A DNA stretch of 64,000 nucleotides from an uncultured bacterium (GCA_965662235.1 CBFIGY010000009.1:1-64000), one strand, 5' to 3'; counted from the stretch's first letter, positions 29,001 to 39,598 are shown. The notes: generated by a model not told the origin, from the letters alone. Program-made: numbers and translations.

Positions 29001-29969
29001 TCAGTCCTTCAAGCGGGGATCGAACGCGTCCCGCAGGCCGTCTCCTAGGAAATTGAAGGCCAACACAGTCAGGGTCATGGCCAGAGACGGATAGAGGATG
29101 AGGTGCGGGTAGGAGCGCATGCCTTCAATGCCCTCAGAGATCATTGCCCCCCAGCTCGGCATCGGGGGGTTGACGCCCAGGCCGATGAAGCTGAGGAAGG
29201 CTTCATAGAGGATGTAGGTGGGGATCTCAATGGATTCTGCGACAATGCAGGTGCCGATGATGTTCGGCAGCACGCGCCGGAAGACGATGGTGCCAGTCCG
29301 GAAGCCCTGAGACAGGTCCGCCTCGATGAACTCCCGCTGGCGGATGGAAAGCGTCTCTGCCCGTGCAATCCGGGCCATGCGCAGCCATGACGTCAGGCCA
29401 ATGCCGATGAAGATCGACAGCATTCCCCCCATAGCGGCATCCCACTGATAGAAAATGGCCTTCATGCCCGTAAACTCCTCAGGCTGCCCCGCCCGGAAGT
29501 ACACCATGATGAGGATGACGAACAGCACCGTCGGCACCGCATAGAGGACGTCTACCACCCGCATCATCCACTCATCCAGCCGTCCGCCCACGTATCCGGC
29601 AATCAGTCCGTAGATCACCCCCACCACAAAGCTGGTGGTTGCGCCCACGAGGGCAACCGTCAGAGAAATTCGGGTGCCGTAGAGGATGCGACTGAGCACA
29701 TCCCGGCCTAGGAAGTCGGTTCCGAGCAAGAAGCCTTCTTGCCCAGGCTTGAGGTAGGTGCTGAGAAAGTCTTCTTCGGCAAAGTGTGCCGGCGCCAGCC
29801 AGGGGACAAAGAGGGCAATGGCGACCAGCAGGCCGATGAAGAGGGCGCTTCCCATTGCCAACTTGTTCTTGCGGAAGCGTCGAAAGGCTAGGAGCGTGAG
29901 GCTCTCCCCACGCTCAGGCACGGCAGATTCAGACGGACTGGAAGGGGGCATGCACTCCGAGGGGGTCAA
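29001..29969 (-). CDS. Oligopeptide ABC permease (OppC-like), orphan
   Basis: RRFRKNKLA, LGTDFLGRD, EAFLSFIGLG, FNFLGDGLRDAFDP. Confidence 0.9.
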   Translation of the reverse strand: MTPSECMPPSSPSESAVPERGESLTLLAFRRFRKNKLAMGSALFIGLLVAIALFVPWLAPAHFAEEDFLSTYLKPGQEGFLLGTDFLGRDVLSRILYGTRISLTVALVGATTSFVVGVIYGLIAGYVGGRLDEWMMRVVDVLYAVPTVLFVILIMVYFRAGQPEEFTGMKAIFYQWDAAMGGMLSIFIGIGLTSWLRMARIARAETLSIRQREFIEADLSQGFRTGTIVFRRVLPNIIGTCIVAESIEIPTYILYEAFLSFIGLGVNPPMPSWGAMISEGIEGMRSYPHLILYPSLAMTLTVLAFNFLGDGLRDAFDPRLKD

Positions 29970-30604
29970 TCAAACGAGTCACGAGCCTCGAGGCGGCGGA
30001 GGTGCTCGGTGTCACACATGCGCTGCACCACCCAAAAGTCGCCCTTGCGGATGAGCTGGTGCACGCTGGTGTTGTTGATGGTGAAGCGGGTGGGGGAGTC
30101 CAGCGAGAGGCCTAGGGTGTGCTTGAGGATTGCCCGGATGGTGCCGCCGTGGGTGACACAGACGATGCGTTCTCCGGGGTGCTGTTCATGCAGCGCCTCC
30201 AGGCAGGCCATGGCACGGTCCTGCAGCTGCTGAGTGCTTTCTCCCTCTGGCACCACAAATCGGGCACCTTGGGTCTTGAAATCGATGTACAGGTCGAGGT
30301 ACTGTTCCTTGATCTCAGGAACCGTCATGCCCTCAAAGACCCCCAGGTTCTTCTCACGAATCCGAGGATCGGTCTGAAAGGACTTTCCGGTGGTACGGAC
30401 CACCGCTTGCGCCGTGTCCTGCGTCCGCTTGAGGTCACTGCAGTAGAACTGGTCAAACTCCTCGTGACGCATGCGCTCCGCCACGGCCTCTGCTTGGAGC
30501 ACCCCAGTGGGCGTGAGGGGGCTGTCGGAGTGGCCTTGAAAGCGTTGCTGGACGTTCCACTCGGTTTCACCATGACGGATGAGCCAGATTTCCGTTTCGG
30601 GCAT
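29966..30604 (-). CDS. Histidine phosphatase (phosphoglycerate mutase family)
   Basis: LIRHGETEWN, SDLKR, VTHGGTI. Confidence 0.92.
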   Translation of the reverse strand: MPETEIWLIRHGETEWNVQQRFQGHSDSPLTPTGVLQAEAVAERMRHEEFDQFYCSDLKRTQDTAQAVVRTTGKSFQTDPRIREKNLGVFEGMTVPEIKEQYLDLYIDFKTQGARFVVPEGESTQQLQDRAMACLEALHEQHPGERIVCVTHGGTIRAILKHTLGLSLDSPTRFTINNTSVHQLIRKGDFWVVQRMCDTEHLRRLEARDSFD

Positions 30605-30719
30605 TGCTTCTCATAGATTAAGGGATCGGTACCGCCAAAACGGGTTTGGCGAACTTCTGGACTTCGTTCAGGGACCTATGTTATCACTGGGCTGTTGCCC
30701 AACTCCAGTTCCAAATCTT

Positions 30720-31862
30720 ATGCCTTTCGACACCAGCCACCTCGACGCCATCAACTCCTTCATTGCAATGGACGTCTTTGCCCGGGCTCAGGAGCTTGAA
30801 GCCCAGGGTCAGGAGATCATTCACCTTGAGTTCGGAGAGCCCGACTTCAATGCCCCGGAGGCCGCCCTGAAGGGGCTTCAGGACAGCCTTGCCAGCCACC
30901 CGGCCCGCTACACCCATACCCAGGGCACCCTCGCGTTGCGTGAAGCCATCTGCCGCAAGTACGCTCAGGACTACCGGGTGACGGTTCAGCCGGAGCAGGT
31001 GCTGGTTTCCACCGGTTCCTCGCTGCTGCTGTTCCTTTCCATCCGGACGCTGGCTCCGCCAGGAAGCGAGCTGATTGTGACCGCTCCCTGCTACGCTTGC
31101 TACGAAAACCTCATGCATGCTGCCGGCGTCACTCCGGTGCGCGTGCCGCTGCACCTTGAGAACGGGTTTCAGCTGGATCCGGATGACATCCGTAAGGCCA
31201 TTGGCCCGAAAACCCGCGGGCTGATCGTCAACTCGCCGATGAACCCAACGGGCGTCACCCTGCGACCAGAAGTGCTCCGGGACCTTGCCGCACTGGGACT
31301 TCCGGTCATTTCCGACGAGATCTATGCCGACCTCAGCTACGCGGGGCCGGCCCAGAGTTTTCTGGAGTTTGATGCCGAGGCAATTGCGCTCAATGGTTTT
31401 TCCAAGTACTACGCCATGACCGGCTGGCGACTGGGCTATGTCATCATGCCTCCGACCCTGATGAAGACGGCCGCCCGGGTGCATCAGAGCCTGATGATCT
31501 CCGCTACACACTTTGTCCAAGACGCAGGGGTTCGGGTGCTGGAAGAGGCCGGGCCGCAGTGCGAGCAGATGAAGGCTGAATTCAACCAACGCCGGCAGTT
31601 CCTCCTCCAGCGCCTGCGTGCCATCGGCCGCGACCCTGGATATGAACCCGATGGCGCCTTCTACCTGCTCCTCAAGATTCCGGACCCCACGCTGTCGTCG
31701 TTTGACTATGCCATGAAGGCCCTGGAGCAGGCAGGCGTGGCTATGACGCCCGGCATCGATTTCGGACCTGGAGGAGAGGGGTTTGTGCGGTTCAGCTACG
31801 CCAACTCCCAGGAGAAACTGGGGCAGGCGGTGGACCGCTTGGTCGCTGCGAAGTTGCTGTGA
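30720..31862 (+). CDS. PLP-dependent aminotransferase, class I/II
   Basis: GEPDF, NSPMNPTG, ISDEIY, GFSKYYAMTGWRLG, VRFSYA. Start placed at ATG 30720. Confidence 0.93.
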   Translation: MPFDTSHLDAINSFIAMDVFARAQELEAQGQEIIHLEFGEPDFNAPEAALKGLQDSLASHPARYTHTQGTLALREAICRKYAQDYRVTVQPEQVLVSTGSSLLLFLSIRTLAPPGSELIVTAPCYACYENLMHAAGVTPVRVPLHLENGFQLDPDDIRKAIGPKTRGLIVNSPMNPTGVTLRPEVLRDLAALGLPVISDEIYADLSYAGPAQSFLEFDAEAIALNGFSKYYAMTGWRLGYVIMPPTLMKTAARVHQSLMISATHFVQDAGVRVLEEAGPQCEQMKAEFNQRRQFLLQRLRAIGRDPGYEPDGAFYLLLKIPDPTLSSFDYAMKALEQAGVAMTPGIDFGPGGEGFVRFSYANSQEKLGQAVDRLVAAKLL

Positions 31863-32062
31863 TGGTGTGGGTCGTGATTTCGGGAATCTGCTTTGCCTGC
31901 GTGGGGGCCTCGGTCTACGCGTACTCCCGTTACTTTCGGGTGGGGCCTCAGTACTTTTTGAAGAACCTGCAGACCATCCGGCAGGCCTTGGGACCAAAAG
32001 ACGGCGAGGCTACTGAGTCGCATACGGATGCTGAAACTCGCAAGGAGTCCCGTCCGGATTGA
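31859..32062 (+). CDS. Small hypothetical membrane protein
   Basis: Start overlaps the aminotransferase stop codon; one N-terminal hydrophobic segment. Confidence 0.5.
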   Translation: MMVWVVISGICFACVGASVYAYSRYFRVGPQYFLKNLQTIRQALGPKDGEATESHTDAETRKESRPD

Positions 32063-32348
32063 CGCGTTTGCCCGGAGAGCAGTCCACCGACTGCGGCAGG
32101 AAGGAGCGGCAGGCGTAGAGGGCGTTTTCAAGGGGGGTTGTCACTTCCGGAATGACCGGTCCTCGGCGTGTCTCATGAAAGGGAAACACCCGTCCATCCA
32201 CCACCACAAAGCTGGTGGCTTTTCGCTGCAGCACACTGGGGCAGAGGCGCCGCACCTCGCGGGCCGTTGCTCCAGGATAGGCGTACTCACGGGCGCTGCA
32301 CCCTGCCAGCACCAACAGGAGCCCTCCAAAGACGAGGCCCCTGCTCAT
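32010..32348 (-). CDS. Small hypothetical lipoprotein
   Basis: ATGA overlap with the trkA stop; lipobox LLLVLAGC; four further Cys residues. Confidence 0.6.
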   Translation of the reverse strand: MSRGLVFGGLLLVLAGCSAREYAYPGATAREVRRLCPSVLQRKATSFVVVDGRVFPFHETRRGPVIPEVTTPLENALYACRSFLPQSVDCSPGKRVNPDGTPCEFQHPYATQ

Positions 32349-33745
32349 TCGGCGCCAGCAAAGAGCTTCCGGACCGCGCTCAGGTGACGGGAGACGCACA
32401 CCGCAATCACCCGGTCCCCCACCTGCACCTCGGTGGTGCCCACCGCCACACTCCAGATGCCCGCGTGCTTGACGCCTCCGATGAGGATCTGGTGCTCCTG
32501 AAAGTAGCTGGCGAGCTTCCGGAGGGGCTTCTTGGTGATCAGTGATCCTTCGCGCGCCACCAGTTCCACCACCTCGGCATCCACCCCATGCAGGTGGGCC
32601 ACCGCAAGCAGTTCGTTCCGGCGGATGAACTTGAGGATTTCATTGGCCGCAGAGATCTTCACATTGAGCGCCACGTCCAACCCAATGGTGGACGCCAGCA
32701 CCAGCAGGTCTTCCTTGTTGACCAAGGCAATGGTCTTGCCCTTCTCTCCAGAATGGTCCCGGTTGTCCCGGTTCATCAGGTGCTTGGCCAGCAGGCAGCT
32801 GATGATGTTGGTTTCGTTGTCGCCTGTGGTGGCAATGAAGGTGGAACTGTCAGAAACGCCGGCGCCTACCAGCGTGTTGAGGTCCGTGCCATCTCCCTGC
32901 AGCACCTGCGTGTAGGGCAGCTGCACCGCCAGCTCTTCTGCCACCTTCGGGTCGCGCTCAATGAGCCGCACCTCCACTGACCGCTGGAGCAATTCCGCCA
33001 CCCGCTGACCAATCAATCCCCCTCCCAGAATCATCAAGCGACTGATGATCCCGCTCTTGAGGTCCATCATCTTCATCAGCTCCGGCATGTCCTCGGTCCG
33101 GGCCAAGATGAAGACCTGGTCTCCTGGCGCAATGATGGTCTCTGCCTGGGGAATCGTTGTCGAAATGCCCCGGGCCAGGGCCACCACCCGGAAGTCGAGG
33201 GAGCCATATTCTCCAGCCAGCTCACGAGGCGTTTTGCCTGCGAGCAACGAGTCTTCCCGGACCCGCATGGCCAGGACCTGCATGTTGTTGTCCCCCACGT
33301 CAATGAGGTCGTGTCCGGAGGCACGTTTCGTGAGCTGCTCAATTTCCTTGGCCACCAGTTCCTCCGGGTGGACCATGAGGTCGATCTTGAGCAACTCCGG
33401 AGGCAAGACGCTGCCGACATCGAAGTCAAGGGAACGGACCCGGGCGATCTTCCGTTGAATGCTGAAGCGGTCCGCAATCAACGCAGACATCATGTTGGTC
33501 GCATCGTCGTTGGTGGCCGCGATGACGTAGTCCATTTCCTCAGCCCGGACGGCTTTCCAGCTGGAGAGGCGCAGAGCGTTCCCAAGCTTGACGTCCGCTT
33601 CCAGTTCCGTTTCGGCACGAGCCACCAGTTCTGGATCAGACTCAATGATGCCCACATCTGCTCCTTCAGAGAGCAGGCGCTTGGCCAGGTGAGTGCCCAC
33701 ACCGCCCAAGCCGATGATGAGGACACGGTCTCGTCTCTTTCCCAT
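32345..33745 (-). CDS. trkA: Trk potassium uptake regulatory subunit
   Basis: Two RCK_N/RCK_C pairs (IIGLGGVG, ILGGGLIG), ATNDDATN, TGDNETN. Confidence 0.92.
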   Translation of the reverse strand: MGKRRDRVLIIGLGGVGTHLAKRLLSEGADVGIIESDPELVARAETELEADVKLGNALRLSSWKAVRAEEMDYVIAATNDDATNMMSALIADRFSIQRKIARVRSLDFDVGSVLPPELLKIDLMVHPEELVAKEIEQLTKRASGHDLIDVGDNNMQVLAMRVREDSLLAGKTPRELAGEYGSLDFRVVALARGISTTIPQAETIIAPGDQVFILARTEDMPELMKMMDLKSGIISRLMILGGGLIGQRVAELLQRSVEVRLIERDPKVAEELAVQLPYTQVLQGDGTDLNTLVGAGVSDSSTFIATTGDNETNIISCLLAKHLMNRDNRDHSGEKGKTIALVNKEDLLVLASTIGLDVALNVKISAANEILKFIRRNELLAVAHLHGVDAEVVELVAREGSLITKKPLRKLASYFQEHQILIGGVKHAGIWSVAVGTTEVQVGDRVIAVCVSRHLSAVRKLFAGAE

Positions 33746-33751
33746 AATTCC

Positions 33752-34987
33752 TCAGATGGTGAGTTCGTACTGGGTCAAGCGGGAATGCTGATGCAGCGGG
33801 TTCTTGGAAGACAGGTCTACTTCATAGAAGTTCTCGGCCTGTCCCACCGAGGTCGCGTTGTAGATGTCTTCCGGACGATGCCCGTTGAGCAGACACTGGA
33901 GGACGGCATTGCCGATCCAGCGCTCAATCTTGAGGACCACCGTCTTCTTGCGCAGTCGCCCCTGGTCGTCTCGGTTGAGCACACTGGGGATGGTGTTGGT
34001 GGTGATGAACTGGCTCAGGTAGGGGGAGTTCAGGTTTTCCCGAGCTTCCGGAGTGATGGAGGTGTGGGTGCAGTAGAAGAAGATGTTGGCCGGTCGGCAC
34101 CGCTCACTCTCCGCCAGCGCCAGGATGTTGGCCGCCAGCGTTCCACCGGTCCGGACCATGTCATCAAGAATGAAGACGTCCCGGTTCTTGAGCAGTTCCA
34201 CATCCTCACTCAGGTCAAGGGTGACGTCCCGTTGGCCTAGGCGGGTCTTCTTGAAGGTCACCAGCACTGAGTTGTGCAGCCCCGTGAACTCACGGACCCG
34301 GCTGACAAATTCAGCGGCGCCGTCATCCGGAGCCACAAATCCGACATTCTCCCCATAGTTCCACAGACGCACCAATCCGGAGCGGAGGATGTAGTTGGCA
34401 ATGATGGGGGAGATGTCGAGGTTGATGAAGGGGGGAAGGTTGTGACTGTTGGTGGCGCCAAGGGTGTTTTCGTAGATGCGACGCATCACCTCCGGTTTGT
34501 GGTTGTGCACCGTCATCACCATGTCCACCCCTGCGGTTTTCAGCATGCGGGCGTAAAGTTCAGCAGAGCAGGGTTGGCCGACAAACTTTTCCCGGGACTT
34601 GAAGTCCTTGGCCTGCGGATGGTCCTTGGTCCGGGGCCCGCGGTCCTGAGCCGAGTAGAACAGGTCGGGCTCCACCAGCGACACAAAGTCTGCACCGTTT
34701 TCCTTGGCGGCAGAGGCAATCAGGCAGTTGCGCATCGCCAGCTCGTTCCGGGAGTAGTGCTGCGAGTGCGTGGAGATGATCGTCACCGACTTTCCTGCTA
34801 GGCCGTACCCCAGGTTTTCTTCAGTGACATTGTCCACTAGGAAGCGGGGACAGAACTCGCTGTTGACGAAGCTCTTGAGCGAGATGAGGTCGGAGATGTC
34901 AATGTCCTGCGAGCGGGCATGCGCAACTCCGAGCGCAAAGGAGGCATCGCTGACGTTGGAGACAAGGATTGAGTTGCTGTGCATCAC
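33752..34987 (-). CDS. Ribose-phosphate pyrophosphokinase (PRPP synthase)-like protein, divergent
   Basis: YSAQDR, VAPDDGA, VFILDDMVRTGGTL (PRPP-binding loop), CTH, TTNTIP. Confidence 0.8.
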   Translation of the reverse strand: MMHSNSILVSNVSDASFALGVAHARSQDIDISDLISLKSFVNSEFCPRFLVDNVTEENLGYGLAGKSVTIISTHSQHYSRNELAMRNCLIASAAKENGADFVSLVEPDLFYSAQDRGPRTKDHPQAKDFKSREKFVGQPCSAELYARMLKTAGVDMVMTVHNHKPEVMRRIYENTLGATNSHNLPPFINLDISPIIANYILRSGLVRLWNYGENVGFVAPDDGAAEFVSRVREFTGLHNSVLVTFKKTRLGQRDVTLDLSEDVELLKNRDVFILDDMVRTGGTLAANILALAESERCRPANIFFYCTHTSITPEARENLNSPYLSQFITTNTIPSVLNRDDQGRLRKKTVVLKIERWIGNAVLQCLLNGHRPEDIYNATSVGQAENFYEVDLSSKNPLHQHSRLTQYELTI

Positions 34988-35032
34988 AGTGCCAGGGCGG
35001 AGATCCGGACCAGGCCGGACCGGATTAGCAAA

Positions 35033-36472
35033 TCAGTAGGCAATGGCGAAGATCACCTTTTGGGAAGAAGGCTCTCCTGTCACCATGCACCGGCCGGGTT
35101 CAGGGTCCTCCTCAAATGGGATGCACCGAATGGTCGCCTTGGTCTCTTGCTTGATTTGCTGTTCCACCTCAGCCGAACCATTCCAGTGTGCGCGGATGAA
35201 GCCCCCCTCTTGCTGGAGGACCTCCTTGAATTCATCATAGCTGGACACCTCGCGGGTGTTCTCCTCCCGGAACTTCAGGGCCCGGGCCAGCAGGTCGTTC
35301 TGAATGGTCTCCAGCAGTTGCACGACGTGCGCCCGGATGCCCTCGAGCGGCACCGACTGCTTGTCCCGGATGTCCCGACGGGCCACCATCGCAGCGCCCT
35401 TTTGGACGTCGCGCGGGCCGACTTCAATGCGGATGGGCACTCCCTGCTGGATCCAGTAGAAGAACTTTTCAGCCGGACGCAGGTTGTCCCGGTCGTCCAC
35501 CTTGATCTGGAGGGTATCCAAGGACTCCGCAAGTCGGGTCCGGATGGCTTCAGCAAACTCTAGGGTCTGCTTGCGTTCCTCGTCATTGGTGAAGATGGGA
35601 GCAATCACCACCTGGATGGGGGCAATCTTCGGAGGCACCACCAGGCCGTCGTCGTCGCTGTGCGTCATGATGAGCCCGCCAATCATCCGAGTGGAGGTGC
35701 CCCAGCTGGTGGTCCACACCGGAACCCGCTCGTTGTTGCGGTCGAGGTAGTTGATGTCAAAGGCCTTTGCGAAGTTCTGACCCAGGTTGTGACTGGTTCC
35801 TGCCTGCAGGGCCCGGCCGTCTTGCATCATCGCCTCAATGCTATACGTCGCCAACGCGCCAGGGAACTTCTCAGACGCCGATTTCTGTCCCGGAATGACG
35901 GGCATGGCGAGGTACTCTTCCTGGAAGGTCCGGTACACCTCCAGCATGCGCAGCGTCTCCTCCTGCGCCTGCTCATAGGTCTCGTGCGCCGTGTGCCCTT
36001 CCTGCCAGAGGAATTCTGAGGTCCGGAGAAAGAGTCGGGTCCGCATCTCCCAACGCATGACGTTGCACCACTGGTTGATCATCACTGGAAGGTCCCGGTA
36101 GCTGTTGATCCACTTGGCATACATGTGCCCAATCACCGTCTCAGACGTGGGCCGGATCACCAGCGGTTCCTCCAGCTCCTTTCCTCCTCCGTGTGTCACC
36201 ACCGCACACTCCGGACTGAAGCCTTCAACGTGCTCCGCCTCCTTCTCCATGAAGCTCTGAGGAATCAGCAACGGGAAGTAGGCGTTGACGTGTCCGGTCT
36301 CCTTGAACATCCGGTCCATCCGTGCCTGCATCGCCTCCCAGAGGGCAAAGCCTGTGGGGCGGATCACCATGCAGCCCTTGACGGGTGCATAGTCTGCGAG
36401 CTGCCCTGCCGCAATCACATCAAGGTACCATTGAGAGTAGTTCTCGCTACGAGGGGTGATGTTTTTGGCCAT
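35033..36472 (-). CDS. proS: Proline--tRNA ligase, archaeal/eukaryote-like type
   Basis: [47 protein letters not shown]-terminal IFAIAY; no INS editing domain. Confidence 0.96.
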   Translation of the reverse strand: MAKNITPRSENYSQWYLDVIAAGQLADYAPVKGCMVIRPTGFALWEAMQARMDRMFKETGHVNAYFPLLIPQSFMEKEAEHVEGFSPECAVVTHGGGKELEEPLVIRPTSETVIGHMYAKWINSYRDLPVMINQWCNVMRWEMRTRLFLRTSEFLWQEGHTAHETYEQAQEETLRMLEVYRTFQEEYLAMPVIPGQKSASEKFPGALATYSIEAMMQDGRALQAGTSHNLGQNFAKAFDINYLDRNNERVPVWTTSWGTSTRMIGGLIMTHSDDDGLVVPPKIAPIQVVIAPIFTNDEERKQTLEFAEAIRTRLAESLDTLQIKVDDRDNLRPAEKFFYWIQQGVPIRIEVGPRDVQKGAAMVARRDIRDKQSVPLEGIRAHVVQLLETIQNDLLARALKFREENTREVSSYDEFKEVLQQEGGFIRAHWNGSAEVEQQIKQETKATIRCIPFEEDPEPGRCMVTGEPSSQKVIFAIAY

Positions 36473-36667
36473 ATTCCGTTTTGCGATGAAGGCGCGAAGG
36501 CAAGTGTGGAAAATTTTCAACAATACTCACTTGCTACAGGAGTGACAAGCTTTTCAGACGGATTTGGTTTATCAGGAGACGCTGCTTTTATCTTGCTCAT
36601 CCCTAGGATTGGCCTAGTCTTACTGGTTTGGTTTTCCTTGGGGGGAGCCCTTGACTGAGGAGGAAGT

Positions 36668-37126
36668 TTGTTCGGAAGAAAGAGCGAAGCAAAGACAGGT
36701 AGCGCACCAACGTACATCGGCAGTTCCATGCGCATTGAGGGCAATGTGTGGGGAACCAAGCCCATTTGGGTGGACGGCGAAGTCCGCGGCACCATTACCT
36801 GCGACAGCGAAGTGGTCGTGGGTGCCACCGCCAAGGTGTATGCCACCATCTATGCCGCCATCGTCCGCATCAACGGCTACCTAGAAGGGGAGGTCTATGC
36901 CTCAGAGCGGATGGAAGTGATGACTCAGGGACACATCAACGGCGACATCACCAGTCGTCCCGGATGCCTCATTGTGCAAGAGGGCGGCATCATTGAGGGT
37001 CAATGTGTGACCACGCAGACCATTGAGATCCCCAAGCGCCTGACCCAGACCCCTACAGCCCTTCCGGAAGCCCCTGAAGCAGCTGAAACCGAGGCCGAGG
37101 CCGCTGAGGCTTCCGAGAGTCGCTGA
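36668..37126 (+). CDS. Bactofilin (polymer-forming cytoskeletal protein)
   Basis: TTG start with SD GAGGAGG; MFG..K N-terminus; beta-helix repeats (TYIGSSMRIEG, VDGEVRG, INGYLEG). Confidence 0.9.
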   Translation: MFGRKSEAKTGSAPTYIGSSMRIEGNVWGTKPIWVDGEVRGTITCDSEVVVGATAKVYATIYAAIVRINGYLEGEVYASERMEVMTQGHINGDITSRPGCLIVQEGGIIEGQCVTTQTIEIPKRLTQTPTALPEAPEAAETEAEAAEASESR

Positions 37127-37375
37127 CTACTTCTGGTAGTTGGCCTTCCACTCCGCATACGTCATTCCATAGACCCGCTCCTTGGCCTCATCCAGGTCCA
37201 TGGACGCCCCCTGCTCCTCAGCCGCTGCGCGGTACCACTTGGCCAAGCAGTTCCGGCAAAACCCGGCTAATTCCATCAAATCAATGTTCTGGACATCCTT
37301 GCGCGAGTCAAGGTGCTCCAGCAGGGTACGAAACGCGGCGGCTTCCGCCTGAATTTGCTGCTCCGGGGACATCAT
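37127..37375 (-). CDS. DUF1244-family protein
   Basis: AEAAAFRTLL...DVQNIDLMELAGFCRNCL...VYGMTYAEWK. Confidence 0.88.
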   Translation of the reverse strand: MMSPEQQIQAEAAAFRTLLEHLDSRKDVQNIDLMELAGFCRNCLAKWYRAAAEEQGASMDLDEAKERVYGMTYAEWKANYQK

Positions 37376-37473
37376 TGGGTCTCCAAAAGGGTGAAGTGAA
37401 ATGGCCGCTGAAAGCCATGGGTGGAGGTGCTGGCCACTAGGATAGGCGACAGGTCCTTCTCCTGTCAAAACCA

Positions 37474-38790
37474 ATGTCCCGTCTGTTTCTGAGGGAGGCC
37501 CTTGTGGCTGCATCCACGCCTCTGCCGGCCCGACCGGCTCGTCTTGCCATCTTCTCCACCGCATGCCTCGGCGGCATCGGAGTCCTTGCCTTCAGCAACG
37601 GGCTCCTGCTTGCCTACTTCTCTCGCCTCGGCCTCTCCAGTGGCGAGGTTCTGGCGCTGCTAGCACTGCCAGCGCTGGTGCAGTTTCTGCTGGTGGTGCC
37701 GTTTGGGTTCCTCTCCGACTGGTTTGGCAAGAAGCGCCTCGGCCTCGCAGGACTGAGCTGCACCGCGCTGGGGCTGATGCTGATGACCAGCCTTGGCTCA
37801 CTTCCGGACCCCCGTTGGATGGCATGGGGAGCAACCGGACTGTTCAGCCTTGGTTCAGCGCTCCTCAACTCCAACTGGTTTGCCCTCGTGGACCCGCTGA
37901 TTCCCAGCCAGGAGCGAGGACGTTTTTTCGGAAACCTGCGCCTGACGTGGCAGACCGTCGGATTCCTCTTTGCCCTCGGAGCCTCTCACTTCCTGGGTCA
38001 GAGCTCGGAGCTGCAGGTGTACCAGGTGCTCTTTGGTCTGATCGCCTTCTTTGGGGTCGCCCGCATGGGGTCATACTGGAAGATCCCGGAGGTTGAACGC
38101 AGCCACCCTCCCAGCGCATCGTTCCGGAAGGTCATCACCGAGGTGCTCGCGCTACCCGGATACCTGCCCTTCTGCGCCTACTGCTTCCTGCTGATGCTCT
38201 TCACCGGAGCCTGTCCGCAACTGTTTGGACTGCTGGAACGAAACGTCCTGGGGTTCAATGACGACCAGCTTGTGTGGGTGGGAAGTCTGTTGACCGTCGG
38301 GTCACTGGCGGGGTTTGTGCTGGGTGGTCGGGCTGTGGACCGCTTTGGCACACGCTACGTCTTTCTGCTGTGCCACCTTGCATTTGGCACCATCCTCCTG
38401 CTCTTTCTCGGACGCAGCCTAGTGCCGGTGCCTCCCCTTGTGTGGGTCGGCTTCCTGACGCTGCTGTTTGGGGTGGCGCTGGCGGCCTCTGGCATTGCCA
38501 TGACCTCAGAGATCCTGTCGCTGATTCCCAAGGAAAACAAGTCCCTTGCAACCGGTGTCTGGCTGACCCTGCACAGCGGCGGCGCCGGGCTTTCCGGAAT
38601 TCTCAGCGGGCAAATGCTGGAGCTGGGCATGCTCAGCCCAGAGTGGCAGCTGCTGGAAATGCCGCTGAGTGCCTACGACACCCTGCTCCTGCTCTGTGGG
38701 GGAATGGTGCTCCTGCTGACGGTCACGTTGGGACTGATCCCGTCCATGATGCGACCAAGCCAGGCACAGTGGATTCCACAAGGGGCCTAG
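37474..38790 (+). CDS. MFS transporter
   Basis: About 12 TM segments, motif A GFLSDWFGKK and GRAVDRFGTR. Confidence 0.88.
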   Translation: MSRLFLREALVAASTPLPARPARLAIFSTACLGGIGVLAFSNGLLLAYFSRLGLSSGEVLALLALPALVQFLLVVPFGFLSDWFGKKRLGLAGLSCTALGLMLMTSLGSLPDPRWMAWGATGLFSLGSALLNSNWFALVDPLIPSQERGRFFGNLRLTWQTVGFLFALGASHFLGQSSELQVYQVLFGLIAFFGVARMGSYWKIPEVERSHPPSASFRKVITEVLALPGYLPFCAYCFLLMLFTGACPQLFGLLERNVLGFNDDQLVWVGSLLTVGSLAGFVLGGRAVDRFGTRYVFLLCHLAFGTILLLFLGRSLVPVPPLVWVGFLTLLFGVALAASGIAMTSEILSLIPKENKSLATGVWLTLHSGGAGLSGILSGQMLELGMLSPEWQLLEMPLSAYDTLLLLCGGMVLLLTVTLGLIPSMMRPSQAQWIPQGA

Positions 38791-39263
38791 GCGTCGGCGC
38801 TCCAGGTGGAATAGGGGTGATCAATGAGGTGAATGTTGAGGTAGCGTGGGTCGTGGCTGACCTCCTCGCCGAGCCACTCCGGACGCTCAAAGGGTTCTGC
38901 TTCATCGCTCAACTCAATCTCAGCAACGATCAGTCCAGCGTTGGCCCCAAAGAACTCGTCGACCTCCCACACCTTTCCCGAAACCTCAACACGGGTCCGT
39001 TCCTTGATCAGGCGCGGTTGTTCGCAGACCTGTTCCAGCAGCTCCTGCGCTTCGTCCAGGGGCAGGTCGTACTCATACTCCAGACGCGTCAGCGCGCTGC
39101 GGCCCGACTTGATGTTCAGGCGCCCCTGCGTTCCTTCAATCCGGACCCGGACCGAGCGTTCCGGGTGACGGCTCAGGTACCCTTGCTCAAAGCGGACCGC
39201 GGCTTCCGGACGGCGCCAACCGTCTCCTGTCACCAGAAACTTACGTTCAATCTCAAGAGGCAT
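38787..39263 (-). CDS. CYTH-domain protein (triphosphate tunnel metalloenzyme)
   Basis: EIERKFLV, QGYL, VRVR, WEVDEF, AEIEL. Confidence 0.92.
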   Translation of the reverse strand: MPLEIERKFLVTGDGWRRPEAAVRFEQGYLSRHPERSVRVRIEGTQGRLNIKSGRSALTRLEYEYDLPLDEAQELLEQVCEQPRLIKERTRVEVSGKVWEVDEFFGANAGLIVAEIELSDEAEPFERPEWLGEEVSHDPRYLNIHLIDHPYSTWSADA

Positions 39264-39352
39264 CAGACGCAGGGAAGTGAGGGTCGGAATCCGCCCTTGA
39301 TTTTGCCGGAGTGGTGCAGGATGCTGAAGCCCACAAGCAACAAGGAGCGACC

Positions 39353-39589
39353 ATGTTCACGATTGTGATTCAAGTAACCGAATTGAGGGGGGAGTGGGAC
39401 CTGCTGGAGCAGATGCTGGTCCGGACAGATTTTGGCCCCTTCGTCAAGATCCACTCCCGGGACCAGAAGATCATGTATGAGGGTCCGGACCTCGAAAACT
39501 TTGTCACCTACCTCGTCATGCACCGCATTCGATTCGAGGTCCAGGACTACGTCTGGAAGGAGCATCCGGAAGACCCTCCTTCTGAATGA
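39353..39589 (+). CDS. Small hypothetical protein
   Basis: SD AAGGAG before ATG 39353; host-like codon usage; fills the gap between the CYTH gene and bioY. Confidence 0.65.
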   Translation: MFTIVIQVTELRGEWDLLEQMLVRTDFGPFVKIHSRDQKIMYEGPDLENFVTYLVMHRIRFEVQDYVWKEHPEDPPSE

Positions 39590-39598
39590 ACCCGCCGT

